64,000 nt of DNA from an uncultured Phycisphaeraceae bacterium (GCA_964649825.1 CAZYQW010000086.1:21027-85026), one strand, 5' to 3'. Shown: positions 8,393-18,095, numbered from the stretch's first letter. The notes: a model not told the origin generated them from the letters alone. Program-made: numbers and translations.

Positions 8393-10324
8393 GTGAAACC
8401 AGCTGCCATCATCGCGATTCTCCTTCTCTTGTTCGGCGCGGCCGCCTACGTCTTCCTGATGGACGGCACGGAAGACCCCGGAGAGGATCCCGCGAGTTCA
8501 TCGAGCGCGATCGACGGGACCGGACCGACGGCGACGCGGACGGCGCAGAAGGCCCGCGCCGGGCGCGAGGAACGGCCGCCCGCCGACTTCCCCGACGTGG
8601 TGGCCCCGCCCGAACCGGCGGAAGCGTTCGTGGAGGAGAAGGGAACCCCCGAGACCGGCGTCACGGGCGTCGTGCTCTCCCCGACCGGCAGCGCGGTCCG
8701 GGACGCCGTCGTCACCTGCTACCGGCGCGAGAGCGAAGGGGACCTGCTTCGGTACTCGTCGACGCGCGTGAAGGAAGCGGTGACGACCAACGCCCGCGGC
8801 GGGTTCGAGATCGTCGGGCTCACCGGCGGGTCGGACTACGCGCTGCGCGTCGATCACGGATCGTTCGCCACGGCCGAGGTTGCGGGCATCGAGATCGAGG
8901 AGGGCCGGATGGTCCGCGTCCCCGACGTGGAGATGAAGGGTGGCGTCACGATCAGGGGAAACGTCACGCGACCGAGCGGCGCCGCCCTGGCGCAGGCGAT
9001 CGTGGCGGCGGCGAACTTGATGGACCCGGCGCGCGGCATCGTCCGCCAGGCCCTGACCGATCAGGACGGTGCCTATCGGCTCGAGAACCTGACGCCCGGG
9101 ATCTACGAGCTCAGCGCGCGCGCGGTGGGCACGCAACACCAGAAGACCGGTGCCGTTCATCTCCTGAACCCGCGCGAGGAGAACCGCCAGGACTTCGTCC
9201 TTCCCGACGGACTCGAGCTCTTCGGCCGAGTGTTGGAGCCGGGCGGCGAACCGGTGGCCGGCGTGCGCGTCACGGCCTCGCCCCTGCGGGGCGCCACCCA
9301 ATCGCCGGTCACGACGACGACGCGCTCCGACGGCTGGTTCCGCGCGGACGGGCTCGGCTCCGGCGAGTACCGGCTCGTCGTCGAGAAGCAGGGCTACATC
9401 TCGATCCAGAGGCCGCGCGAGGCGGCGGACGGCCGGGCCCGCCAGTTCACGCTCCATCGCACAGCGGGCGTGACCGGATTCGTGGTCGACCCAGGCGGCG
9501 AACCCATCACCCGGTTCTGGATCCGCGCGCTGCAGGTCGACACCGGCGGCAATCCGGTCGGACAGCGCGGAGAGATCGAGGCGGTGAAATCGAAGGACGG
9601 CTCGTTCACCGTCGAGGATCTCCCGCCGGGCCGGTACGCGATCCAGTCGTACGCCGACGGCTATGCGCCGACGATGTGCCGCTGGTTCCAGATGCAGAAC
9701 CAGTACATCCACGGAGTGAAGATCCGGATGGACCCGGAGTCGTCGATCACCGGGCTCGTCACCGACGCATCGGGTGCACCGTTTCCCGACGCGACGGTTC
9801 GCTTGCTCGACAACGCCTACCGCGACATGCCGAACGCACGGCTCCTGTTCGGCCGGTACTCGCGCCTGGGCAAGACGAAGACCGATGAGCTCGGACGCTA
9901 CACGTTCCAGTCGATCGGAGCCGGCACGTACCAGGTGCAGGCGAGCGCGCCGGATCGGCTCTCCGTCAGCCAGCGCGACGTCGTGGTCGAGACGGCGAGC
10001 CGCAAGGAGCTCGACCCGCTCGTTCTCACGGAGGGTGGCCACCTGACGGGAACCGTCTTCGGGGCCAGCAACGTCCCCGCGAACGGGGCGCGCGTGACGG
10101 TCTCGACTCCCGAGGACGGAGTGATCGCCGAGGTCCGTGCGAACGACCGCGGCGAGTTCTCCATTCGGAATCTGCGTCCGGGCGCGTACCGGCTCAGCGC
10201 GATCGGCGCCCAGGCGGCGGCCCAGAACATCTTCGCGGCCGCGATCCAGAGCACCCGCAGCGTGACCGACGTCAACGTCGTCGAGGGTCAGTCGATCCCG
10301 ATCACGATCTATCTGAACTCCTGA
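8393..10324 (+). CDS. Membrane-anchored protein with multiple carboxypeptidase-regulatory-like (CarboxypepD_reg/Cna-B type) beta-sandwich repeats.
   Basis: The proposed GTG start at 8393 gives VKPAAIIAILLLLFGAAAYVFL as a signal-anchor. Repeats of the form GxVxDxxGxPxxxAxVxL...GxYxxxxLxPGxYxL recur throughout. The start is uncertain. Confidence 0.55.
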   Translation: MKPAAIIAILLLLFGAAAYVFLMDGTEDPGEDPASSSSAIDGTGPTATRTAQKARAGREERPPADFPDVVAPPEPAEAFVEEKGTPETGVTGVVLSPTGSAVRDAVVTCYRRESEGDLLRYSSTRVKEAVTTNARGGFEIVGLTGGSDYALRVDHGSFATAEVAGIEIEEGRMVRVPDVEMKGGVTIRGNVTRPSGAALAQAIVAAANLMDPARGIVRQALTDQDGAYRLENLTPGIYELSARAVGTQHQKTGAVHLLNPREENRQDFVLPDGLELFGRVLEPGGEPVAGVRVTASPLRGATQSPVTTTTRSDGWFRADGLGSGEYRLVVEKQGYISIQRPREAADGRARQFTLHRTAGVTGFVVDPGGEPITRFWIRALQVDTGGNPVGQRGEIEAVKSKDGSFTVEDLPPGRYAIQSYADGYAPTMCRWFQMQNQYIHGVKIRMDPESSITGLVTDASGAPFPDATVRLLDNAYRDMPNARLLFGRYSRLGKTKTDELGRYTFQSIGAGTYQVQASAPDRLSVSQRDVVVETASRKELDPLVLTEGGHLTGTVFGASNVPANGARVTVSTPEDGVIAEVRANDRGEFSIRNLRPGAYRLSAIGAQAAAQNIFAAAIQSTRSVTDVNVVEGQSIPITIYLNS

Positions 10325-11583
10325 GCCGGCGCCGCCGCCGGCCTCGCGGCGTCGACCGCGGTCGGATCGCCGGCCGCGCGGGCCAGATCGACCGCCACCG
10401 CGACTCCCTTCTCGAAGATCGGATCGTACCCGTTCGCGTACGGGACCACGAAGTCGACGTCATGGTCCGGCGGCACGCCGACCCCCTCGAGGTTGACGTC
10501 GCCGACCGGAACCGCGACCCCCGCGAGCTCGAGGTAGGAGCCGTCCGGCAGCGGATGGAACATCGCTCCCAGCACGGCCCCCTCCGTCCGCTGCCCCACC
10601 AGACGGCCGAGGTTCGCCTCGCGAAAGCGGTACGCCAGGATCTCCTTGGCGCTGCGGGATCGATCGTCGATCAGCAGGACCACGGGTCGCGTCCAGCGCG
10701 GCTCGGCCGGGGGGAGGCCGCGGAGCCGCCGGCCGAGTCCACGCCCCCCACGAAAGACATCGAGGATGCGGCTCGCGACGTCGCTGAAGCCGCCGCGGCC
10801 GCGCACGTCCAGGACGAGGGCGTCGCAGTCCGCGAGCGGCCCGGTCACGGCCGCTTCGAGCGCGTCGTCGGCGCCTCGCGAGCAGAACCAGAGGTGAAGG
10901 GTCCCGATCCGAAAGCCGTCCTGCTCGACGATCGAGACGCTGTTCCGCGCCGCGTCGACCGCGTTCATCCGCCGCGGCCGGATCGTGGTCTCGCGTCGCG
11001 AGGCCGCGTCGGCGTTCGTCTGGATCAGAAGCCGGAGCGACGTTCCCTCCTCCGCGCGCAGGAAGAAGAGCGCCGGCCCCGGCAAGGCGGGATCGTACCC
11101 TGCGTCGACGACGGCCGGACTCTCGTCGAACGGAACCCCGTCGATCGCGACGATCCGGTCGCCGACCAGGAGGCCAGCGGCATCTCCAGGGCCCCCTTCG
11201 TAGATCCCGCGCACGAAGTAGCGGCCGGGGAGCGACTCCTCGACGAGGAGCCCGTACGTGAGGGTCGGACGGTTGGTGAGCTCCGCCATCACCCCCCGGT
11301 AGACGTCGCCGTCGATGATCGTGGTGTGGGACGCGCGCAGCTCGGCCAGCATCTCGAGCAGGAGCGCCCGCACGCGGCGATCCGACTCGGCGCGCAGCAC
11401 GAGGGGGCGATAGATCTCCCGCACTTCCTCCCAGTCGACGCCGTGGTGCTCGTCGTCGTAGAAGGCGCGCTCGACCGTCCGCCAGACCGCGTCGAAGAGC
11501 TTCGCGTCGTCCGCGCCGGGCCGGGCCGCCGGCGTGAGCGCGAGCAGGAGGACCAGCGGGAGAAAGAGCGTGACGTGGGGCAT
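10309..11583 (-). CDS. S41-family C-terminal processing peptidase (tail-specific protease) with a PDZ domain.
   Basis: The signal peptide reads MPHVTLFLPLVLLLALTPAA. The PDZ segment reads GLLVGDRIVAIDG. The S41 catalytic region reads VVLLIDDRSRSAKEILA. A GAGAGGA ribosome-binding site precedes the ATG. Confidence 0.85.
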   Translation of the reverse strand: MPHVTLFLPLVLLLALTPAARPGADDAKLFDAVWRTVERAFYDDEHHGVDWEEVREIYRPLVLRAESDRRVRALLLEMLAELRASHTTIIDGDVYRGVMAELTNRPTLTYGLLVEESLPGRYFVRGIYEGGPGDAAGLLVGDRIVAIDGVPFDESPAVVDAGYDPALPGPALFFLRAEEGTSLRLLIQTNADAASRRETTIRPRRMNAVDAARNSVSIVEQDGFRIGTLHLWFCSRGADDALEAAVTGPLADCDALVLDVRGRGGFSDVASRILDVFRGGRGLGRRLRGLPPAEPRWTRPVVLLIDDRSRSAKEILAYRFREANLGRLVGQRTEGAVLGAMFHPLPDGSYLELAGVAVPVGDVNLEGVGVPPDHDVDFVVPYANGYDPIFEKGVAVAVDLARAAGDPTAVDAARPAAAPAQEFR

Positions 11584-11810
11584 GGCTGGTTTCCTCTCGG
11601 TGGAGCCGGGGTCGTCCGATGCGCCGGATCGCCCCGACCAGAGACGGACGAATCGATCCCGCTGTTGGACGTCATCGCTTGGCGCCCCGGCCGGAGGCGT
11701 GGTACTCTTGGGCTCGTTCAGGGAAACGCCCGCCGGCCCGCGGCCCGCCCGACGCCGATCCGGTTCGGTGGAGACAACGCGGCTTCTCCCTCCGGGAAGT
11801 CCGAAGGACG

Positions 11811-12365
11811 ATGAGCATGAGCGATTCCGCGGCCACTCCCAGCGGTTCCACCGATCGTCAAGATCGAGTCAACGGAGCGGCAGGGCCTCGCCACGAGAGA
11901 CCATCCGATCGCCCCCTCCCGCCGTTCCGGACGTTCCTCTGCTCGGACTCCGAGATTCGCGAGCTCTTGCGCGATCATCGCTCGATCGCGATGGTCGGCC
12001 TCGACGACGACCCCGAGAACCCGTCCTATCAAGCCGCGCTCGAGCTGAAGCAGCGCGGGTATCGGGTTCTGCCCGTCCACCCCGATGGCAAGGTCGTGTT
12101 CGGCCTCCCGGCCGCGCCGAGCCTCGCCGCGATCCGCGAGAAGGTCGAGATCGTCGCCGTGCTGCCGCCGACCGACGCGGCCATGGCGCTCGCCGAGCAG
12201 GCGGCGTCGATCGGGGCGTTCGTCTTCTGGCTCGAGTCGGGTCTCGCCGACGCCCGGGCCGCGTATCAGGCGCATAAGAACGGTCTCGCCGTCGTGCTCG
12301 ATCGCAGCCTCCTCCGCGAGTACGAGATGCACTTCCCGGACGACGAGCTCGGTTATCCGGGTTGA
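11811..12365 (+). CDS. CoA-binding domain protein (YccU/CoA_binding_2-like).
   Basis: The ORF starts at ATG 11811 (MSMSD). It contains IAMVGLDDDPENPSYQAALELKQRGYRVLPVHP, a Rossmann-type CoA-binding fold. Confidence 0.65.
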   Translation: MSMSDSAATPSGSTDRQDRVNGAAGPRHERPSDRPLPPFRTFLCSDSEIRELLRDHRSIAMVGLDDDPENPSYQAALELKQRGYRVLPVHPDGKVVFGLPAAPSLAAIREKVEIVAVLPPTDAAMALAEQAASIGAFVFWLESGLADARAAYQAHKNGLAVVLDRSLLREYEMHFPDDELGYPG

Positions 12366-12384
12366 CGTCCGATCGACGTCCGGC

Positions 12385-13857
12385 TCAACGCGCGGGCCGC
12401 AGGTCGACGATCCGCTTCTCCTTCATCTCGGTCTCCAGACCGATGCGATGGATCAGCTCGTCGAGCGGTTCGATTCGCACCTCGTTCGGCTGGATCTCGC
12501 ACCTCATCTGGATGCGCCGGCCCAGGCCGGCGGCGAAGTCGGACGACACGCTCGTCCCTTCCTTCAATGCGATCACGACGACGAGCTGGTCGACCTCGTA
12601 CGGGTCATCGTCCTTCTTGCGGATCTCGACCTGCCACTCCTCGATCTCCGGTGCGTCCGAGAGGAGGGAGGAGAGCTCGTTCAGGTTGACGAGCGTGCCC
12701 TTCACCTTCTTCAGGTCCATCTCCCGGATGTTCGACACCCGGGTGATGTTCGAGGAGAGGATCGGCAGGTACCCGCCGAGCAACGGCACGTGCTCGATGC
12801 GCATCCCCCCCTTCACGAGGTCGCCGGTTCGATAGCGGATGACGACCGTACCGCGGCCGTCGAGCGGCGTGTAGACGAGCTCACCGTCGGCGTCGTTGGG
12901 CAGGACCTCGCCCGTGTCGGGATCTATGATCTCGAACACTCCGAGATCCGGATAGAGATGGTACCCGCCGCCCGGGTTGTGCGGACTCTCCGAGAACGCC
13001 ATTCGCGCCTCGGTGAAGCCGTACGTCCCGAACACTTTCACGTCCTTCGCGCCGAGCTGTCCGAGAACCTGGGCCATCTTCTCGCGCAGACCGTCCGGGA
13101 TGCGTTCCGCCCCGAGCACCACCCGCTTGATGTGAGGAAGGCTCGTCCCGCTGCGCTGCGCGCGGCGGAGGACGTGGTAGATGAACGACGGAACGCCGAC
13201 GATCACCTCGGCCTTCATCCGTTCGATCACCTGGATGCTCGCCTCGGTTCCTGTGACCCGCCCTCCGCCGGTGCCGACCACCATCACGCCGTGCGCGAAG
13301 CCCGCCATCTGTACCTGCCAGAACGCAAGGTGCGGCGCGTACGGGAACAGATTGATCGTCTTGGCGTTCGCGTCCATGTCGATCACCTGGAGGATCCGCG
13401 ATCCGGCCAGCTTCAGGATCTCGACGTCGTGCAGCGTGTAGAGGAAGGGGGTGGGCCGCGCCGAGCGTCCGGTGGTCGCGGTCATGAAGATCGGCCGATA
13501 CTCGCGCTCGACGCGGGAACGCGCGCGCTCAGGCCCCCCCATCACGCGATCGATCATCAGGGCCGCCTTCTGGTGCAGCGGCGCGTACGCCCGCAGAAGC
13601 TCCTCGGTCGGCTGCAGGATGAAGTCGCGCGAACGCTCGGGGTTCTCGGGCGTGGGGAGGAGGTCGGCCTTGGTCGTGAAGGGGATCCGCTTCAGGTCGG
13701 CGACGCCCCTGATCTGCTCGACATCGATCCGGTGCTCCTCGAACAGCCGCCGATAGTGGGGACTGTACGGCTGGACCTGCCCACAGAGGAAGTTGCGGAG
13801 CCGACGGTCCATCGACTCCCTCACTTCGTCCGCGTTCTTCAGTCCGAATCCGCTCAC
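12385..13857 (-). CDS. Phenylacetate-CoA ligase-like adenylate-forming enzyme (PaaK/F390-synthetase/CapK family).
   Basis: The 490-aa ORF contains FMTATTGRSARPTPFLYTLHD (P-loop-like adenylation motif), YGFTEA and GDL motifs. Confidence 0.75.
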   Translation of the reverse strand: MSGFGLKNADEVRESMDRRLRNFLCGQVQPYSPHYRRLFEEHRIDVEQIRGVADLKRIPFTTKADLLPTPENPERSRDFILQPTEELLRAYAPLHQKAALMIDRVMGGPERARSRVEREYRPIFMTATTGRSARPTPFLYTLHDVEILKLAGSRILQVIDMDANAKTINLFPYAPHLAFWQVQMAGFAHGVMVVGTGGGRVTGTEASIQVIERMKAEVIVGVPSFIYHVLRRAQRSGTSLPHIKRVVLGAERIPDGLREKMAQVLGQLGAKDVKVFGTYGFTEARMAFSESPHNPGGGYHLYPDLGVFEIIDPDTGEVLPNDADGELVYTPLDGRGTVVIRYRTGDLVKGGMRIEHVPLLGGYLPILSSNITRVSNIREMDLKKVKGTLVNLNELSSLLSDAPEIEEWQVEIRKKDDDPYEVDQLVVVIALKEGTSVSSDFAAGLGRRIQMRCEIQPNEVRIEPLDELIHRIGLETEMKEKRIVDLRPAR

Positions 13858-13965
13858 GTCGAATGCATCGGCAGTTTCCGACCTCGAACCGGAGGGTCGC
13901 CCATCTCGGGCTTACCGTTCGTGCAAGAGAACCCGGGATCTCCCGCGAGACTCCCGGGGGGAGCC

Positions 13966-14673
13966 TCAAACCTCCCGCGTATGCTCGACCTGGAACTGAG
14001 CGGTCACGCGCTTGATCTCGTCGAGCGTGTTCGAGATGCGGAAGACGTGCGGAACCGCGCGGATCAGATCGCGGTTGGTGGCGTTCGTGATCTTCAAGGT
14101 GCCGAAGCCGAGGAACAGCTCGAGCGCGTCCTCGATCTCCTTGCTGAACGCGACGTTCTCGGTCGGGTACGACTGCGCCTCGCCGATCCACTTGTCATGG
14201 ATCACCACGTGGTTCGGCTCGATCACGATCACGAACGACCGGCGGTCGATCCAGACGAAGAGGAAGACGACCGCCCAGATGATCGACACCAGCAGGTAGA
14301 ACGTTCCGTTCATCTCCGGATTCAGGGTGCCGAGGAAGCCGGTCACGCTCGAGAGCACGTCGAAGTGGCTCAGGATGAACCCCAGGATCACGAGGCTGAA
14401 CAGGATGATCACCGTCTTCCCGAACTTCAGATCGAAGAAGAGGATCAAGTAGTTCACGAGCAGGAACCACATGTAGACCCGGCCCACCGCGGCCGGCGAC
14501 CATTCGAGCCACTGCACGAAGACGTAGCACCAGAGGCCGAGAATGGCGGTGGGGTACATCAGCACGGCTTGGTTGAAGGGGCGGATCAGCACGTGCTCGC
14601 GGCCCTGGACCGACTGCCTGATCGCGGTCAGGTTGTCGATGACGCCGAGAAGCCGGTAGAAGAAGTTCAACAT
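13966..14673 (-). CDS. Membrane protein with a C-terminal bacterial PH-like domain (bPH_2/DUF304-like).
   Basis: The protein has four hydrophobic helices followed by the segment HVVIHDKWIGEAQSYPTENVAFSKEIEDALELFLGFGTLKI. Its codon usage is much lower in GC than the neighbouring genes. Confidence 0.5.
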   Translation of the reverse strand: MLNFFYRLLGVIDNLTAIRQSVQGREHVLIRPFNQAVLMYPTAILGLWCYVFVQWLEWSPAAVGRVYMWFLLVNYLILFFDLKFGKTVIILFSLVILGFILSHFDVLSSVTGFLGTLNPEMNGTFYLLVSIIWAVVFLFVWIDRRSFVIVIEPNHVVIHDKWIGEAQSYPTENVAFSKEIEDALELFLGFGTLKITNATNRDLIRAVPHVFRISNTLDEIKRVTAQFQVEHTREV

Positions 14674-14897
14674 CCGATCCCTCCGCCGCGAGCACCGGAA
14701 CTACGGCGCTGCGCCTGATTTGAGAAGCTGGAACGGTGACGGCAAGCGGCGATTCGGATTTACGGCGCTCGCCATTCGAGCCGGCCTACGATCCATCGCG
14801 TCGTTCATTCGGCCACGTCGTTCATTCGGCACGTCGTTCATTCGGGCTTCGCAGCACGCGAGCTGGAGATCGAACGGTGCAGCGGCCGAGCGGGGTT

Positions 14898-14973
14898 GGT
14901 ACCGGGGGGCGGATTCGAACCGCCGACCTGCGGGTTATGAATCCGCCGCTCTTACCAACTGAGCTACCCCGGC
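14898..14973 (-). tRNA. tRNA-Met (anticodon CAU). It could alternatively be tRNA-Ile2 that reads AUA after lysidine modification.
   Basis: The reverse complement reads GCCGGGGTAGCTCAGTTGGTAAGAGCGGCGGATTCATAACCCGCAGGTCGGCGGTTCGAATCCGCCCCCCGGTACCA. It has a TAGCTCAGTTGG D-arm, a TTCATAA anticodon loop, a GGTTCGAATCC T-arm and an encoded CCA. Confidence 0.8.
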
Positions 14974-15348
14974 GCCAAAGCGGGAAGAGGATGGCCTTGG
15001 CTCCCGCCCGTGTCAATCGTCTGCGTGCGGGGAAAACGGGCGCCGAGAGCCGGGCAGGCCCGTCGCCGACGCGCCGTTCGATGCCGGCGCGGGCGAACGC
15101 GAGCATGACGTAAGTCATTTCTGAATAGGTCATTGAGCGACGACCTTTTCTTTTTTTGTGCGAGCTTGACCGAGATCGCACGGGGGGTTATTTCTTTAGG
15201 GCGTTCGGTGGAAATGGATCGAAACGTCCATCGAACCATGGATCTTTGAAAACTCATCCGGCCAGGGTTGTGTGCCAACACGTAAAAACACCATTCCTTC
15301 TTCTTCTTCCCCTTTTCCCGAAATCCTTGGTCGGATGACTTTTACGAC

Positions 15349-15395
15349 GAAACGCCCGCTCCCTCGATCGTAGGGCAGCGGGCGTTTCTCGTCTC
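15349..15395. terminator. Strong hairpin (AAACGCCCGCTCCCT-cgatcgt-AGGGCAGCGGGCGTTT) immediately 3' of ruvC. On the plus strand it is followed by TTTCTCGTCTCG.
   Basis: A 15-bp near-perfect stem was read in the sequence. The U-tract is weak on the ruvC (minus) transcript and better on the plus strand. Confidence 0.4.
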
Positions 15396-15397
15396 GT

Positions 15398-15946
15398 TCA
15401 CCGCCCGCGACCGCGGCGCACGCGGCCCCCTCCCACCCGCAGAGCAATGATCTCGTTCGCGGCGCCATAGAGCGCAAGCGTTCGCCGACGTTGCGAATGA
15501 CAGATCGCGACCGCGAGCGCGTCGCTCACGTCGGTCGGGCTCGGGCACTGCTCCAATCCCAGAAGCGCGGTCACCATCTCCCCCACTCGGTCCTTTTTCG
15601 CGCCACCATGACCGACCACCGCTTTCTTCACCTCGGCCGGCGCGTACTCGAAGATCTCGCGGCCCGCTTCCGCCGCGCAGAGCAACGCCACGCCCCGCCC
15701 CTCGCCGAGCGCGATCAAGGACGCGGCGTTTCGACCGAAGAACGCGCGCTCGATCACGATCACGTCCGGTCGAGTCCGTTCGATCGCCGCCCGCAGGTCG
15801 ACTCCGATTCGCGCGAGCCGGCGCGGCAACGGATCGCGAGCTGGTGCCTGCACGCAACCCGCCTCGACGAGCGTCAACCGCCCGCCGTCCTCGATGACGC
15901 CGAACCCGACGACCCGCGTCCCGGGATCGATTCCGAGAATCCGCAT
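15398..15946 (-). CDS. ruvC: Holliday junction resolvase RuvC.
   Basis: The N-terminus reads MRILGIDPGTRVVGFGV. The ORF has a short basic C-terminal tail. Confidence 0.85.
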   Translation of the reverse strand: MRILGIDPGTRVVGFGVIEDGGRLTLVEAGCVQAPARDPLPRRLARIGVDLRAAIERTRPDVIVIERAFFGRNAASLIALGEGRGVALLCAAEAGREIFEYAPAEVKKAVVGHGGAKKDRVGEMVTALLGLEQCPSPTDVSDALAVAICHSQRRRTLALYGAANEIIALRVGGGRVRRGRGR

Positions 15947-16059
15947 GCCAAACCCGCCACCACCGCCGCGCTGCGCGGAGCATCATAGGCGACGAGATCC
16001 GGAAGCCGAACGATCGCGTGCCGCGAACCGTCGCGCACGGGCTCCCGTATGATCGCGTC

Positions 16060-16794
16060 ATGCCCGAACTCCTCCGCCCCCATCCGCACGTCGCCGCGAT
16101 CGTCGTCGCAGCCGGGTCGGGCCGCCGCATGGCGGCGGGCGAGAACAAACTGTTCCTTGCGCTCGACCAGCGTCCGATCCTGGCCCATACGGTCGAGGCT
16201 CTCGCACGCACGGGGCGCTTCGACGTGCTGGTGCTCGTGATTCGCGAGGACGAGCGAGCCCGAGTGGACGCGATCCTCGCCGCGATCGAGGCGCCGCTGC
16301 CTGAGATTCGATTCGCGATCGGCGGGGCCGAACGGGCGGACTCCGTGTCGAGCGGCGTTGCCGCCGCCGGCGACGCGGACGTCGTGATGATCCACGACGG
16401 TGCCCGGCCGTTCGTGTCGCGGGCGCTGGTCGAGCGCCTCGTCGACGCCGTCGACCGGCTCGGAGCCGCCATCCCCGCGCTCCCGGTCGCCGACACGCTG
16501 AAGCGTGTCGAGGGCGAGCGGATCGTCGCGACCGTCGATCGTCGGGGCCTGTACCGCGCGCAGACGCCGCAGGCGTTCCGGCGCGAGCTGCTCCAGGCCG
16601 CGATGATCGAGCGCGACGGCGCCGGCGATGCACCGACCGACGACGCGGCCATCCTCGAGGCGGCCGGTCGCGCCGTCGCGATCGTCGACGGAGACGCGAT
16701 GAACCTGAAGATCACGACGCCCGACGACCTTCGTCTCGCGCGACTCTACCTCGCCGCGTTCGAACGCGAAGAGGACCACGGAGGTGCGCGGTGA
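16060..16794 (+). CDS. ispD: 2-C-methyl-D-erythritol 4-phosphate cytidylyltransferase.
   Basis: The ORF starts at ATG 16060 and reads AIVVAAGSGRRM...GENKLFL, the IspD signature. The stop overlaps the ispF start (ATGA). Confidence 0.85.
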   Translation: MPELLRPHPHVAAIVVAAGSGRRMAAGENKLFLALDQRPILAHTVEALARTGRFDVLVLVIREDERARVDAILAAIEAPLPEIRFAIGGAERADSVSSGVAAAGDADVVMIHDGARPFVSRALVERLVDAVDRLGAAIPALPVADTLKRVEGERIVATVDRRGLYRAQTPQAFRRELLQAAMIERDGAGDAPTDDAAILEAAGRAVAIVDGDAMNLKITTPDDLRLARLYLAAFEREEDHGGAR

Positions 16795-17282
16795 GCGACG
16801 CGAACCTCCGCATCGGCATCGGCTGGGATCGTCACCGCCTCGAGCCGGGGCGGCCGCTCAAGCTCGGCGGCGTCGAGATCGCGCACGACAAGGGGCTGGT
16901 GGGGCAATCGGACGCGGACGTGCTGCTCCACGCCGCGATCGACGCGATCCTCGGCGCGAGCGGCGACGACGACCTCGGCACGCTGTTCCCGGACGACGAT
17001 CCGGCGAACGCCGGCATCGACTCGATGGTGCTCGCCGAGCGCGTCATGCGACGGACCGCGGCCCGCGGCTTCCGCCTGCTGTCGCTCGACGCCGTGTTGC
17101 TCGCGGAACGACCCCGGATCAAACCGCACCGCGGCGCGATGCGCGCGAACCTCGCCGAGCTGTTCCGTCTCCCGGTCGACCGCGTGAACGTGAAGGCGAA
17201 GACCGGCGAGAAGGTCGGACCGGTCGGCGAGGAGCAGGTGATCGAGGCGACGGTCGTCGCCCTCGTCACGTTCGACCACTGA
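16791..17282 (+). CDS. ispF: 2-C-methyl-D-erythritol 2,4-cyclodiphosphate synthase.
   Basis: The N-terminus reads RIGIGWDRHRLEPGRPLKLGGVEI, followed by SDADVLLHAAIDAILGA. Confidence 0.9.
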   Translation: MSDANLRIGIGWDRHRLEPGRPLKLGGVEIAHDKGLVGQSDADVLLHAAIDAILGASGDDDLGTLFPDDDPANAGIDSMVLAERVMRRTAARGFRLLSLDAVLLAERPRIKPHRGAMRANLAELFRLPVDRVNVKAKTGEKVGPVGEEQVIEATVVALVTFDH

Positions 17283-17328
17283 ACACGCGCCTCGGGCCCC
17301 GCCGCCGCCGGCCGCGCCCGTTTCGACG

Positions 17329-18084
17329 TCACCCGGCCAGCGCGCGCGCCACGCCGTCGACGATCGATGCAGCGACCATCTTCCGGTACGCGTCCGTGTT
17401 CAGCCGAGCCGCGTCCTCGCGGTTCGTGAGGAACCCGCACTCGACGAGCACGGACGGTCGTCGATGACCGGCGAGCACCCGATAGTCGGCGCGCTGCATC
17501 GACCGCGTCTGGATTCCCGCGCGGCCGGCCGACGCCAGGATCGACCGTGCCGTCCGCTCGCTCGTGCCGAGGGCGCCGCGCGCGATGAACACGCCGAGCC
17601 CGGCGGCCGACGCCCGCGCCGCCGAGTCGGCGTGGATCGAGACGAGCAGGTCCGCCCCGGTCCGCTCCGCGGTCGCCGCGCGCGCGTCGAGCTCGATGAA
17701 CGTGTCGTTGTCGCGCGTCATCACCACGTTCGCACCCAGCGCCCGGAGCCGCGCCGACACCTCCTTCGCGATCGCGAGCACGATCTCCTTCTCCGGCCGC
17801 GGGGACAGGTTCCTCGCGCCGGGGTCCTTGCCGCCGTGGCCGGCGTCGACCACGATCGTTCGGCCCGCGATCGTCGGCTCCGTGCCCGCCAGCGGCCGCG
17901 TCGGAAACTCGGGCAGCGGCGGCAGCTCGGGGATCGCCTCGGGCTCGGGCACCGGTCGCGGCCGATCGCGCGTCGCCAGCCTGGACGCGGTCGGCTCGAT
18001 CGGCTCCACCACGACGGGCGTGGTGCAGGCGGAGATCGCGAGGAGAAGAAGGAAGGCGCCGCTGGCGCGAACACGATCGAGCAT
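17329..18084 (-). CDS. N-acetylmuramoyl-L-alanine amidase (Amidase_3, AmiC-like) lipoprotein.
   Basis: The signal peptide with lipobox reads MLDRVRASGAFLLLLAISAC. The Amidase_3 motifs read IVVDAGHGGKDPGA and LLVSIHAD. Confidence 0.8.
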   Translation of the reverse strand: MLDRVRASGAFLLLLAISACTTPVVVEPIEPTASRLATRDRPRPVPEPEAIPELPPLPEFPTRPLAGTEPTIAGRTIVVDAGHGGKDPGARNLSPRPEKEIVLAIAKEVSARLRALGANVVMTRDNDTFIELDARAATAERTGADLLVSIHADSAARASAAGLGVFIARGALGTSERTARSILASAGRAGIQTRSMQRADYRVLAGHRRPSVLVECGFLTNREDAARLNTDAYRKMVAASIVDGVARALAG

Positions 18085-18095
18085 GCGAGAGGACC

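Noticed and set aside
8498-10042. 514-aa minus-strand ORF and 8221-9888 plus-strand ORF.
   Set aside because: Shadow frames of the CarboxypepD_reg repeat protein gene.
10462-11814. 450-aa plus-strand ORF.
   Set aside because: Antisense to the S41 peptidase, which has a clear signal peptide, PDZ domain and catalytic motifs.
12085-14718. 877-aa plus-strand ORF.
   Set aside because: Antisense to the PaaK-like ligase and the PH-domain membrane protein. The composition is Asp/Arg/Glu-rich with no motifs.
15342-16779. 457-aa and 301-aa minus-strand ORFs.
   Set aside because: They overlap ruvC and ispD in the wrong frame or strand, and are Ser/Arg/Ala-rich noise.
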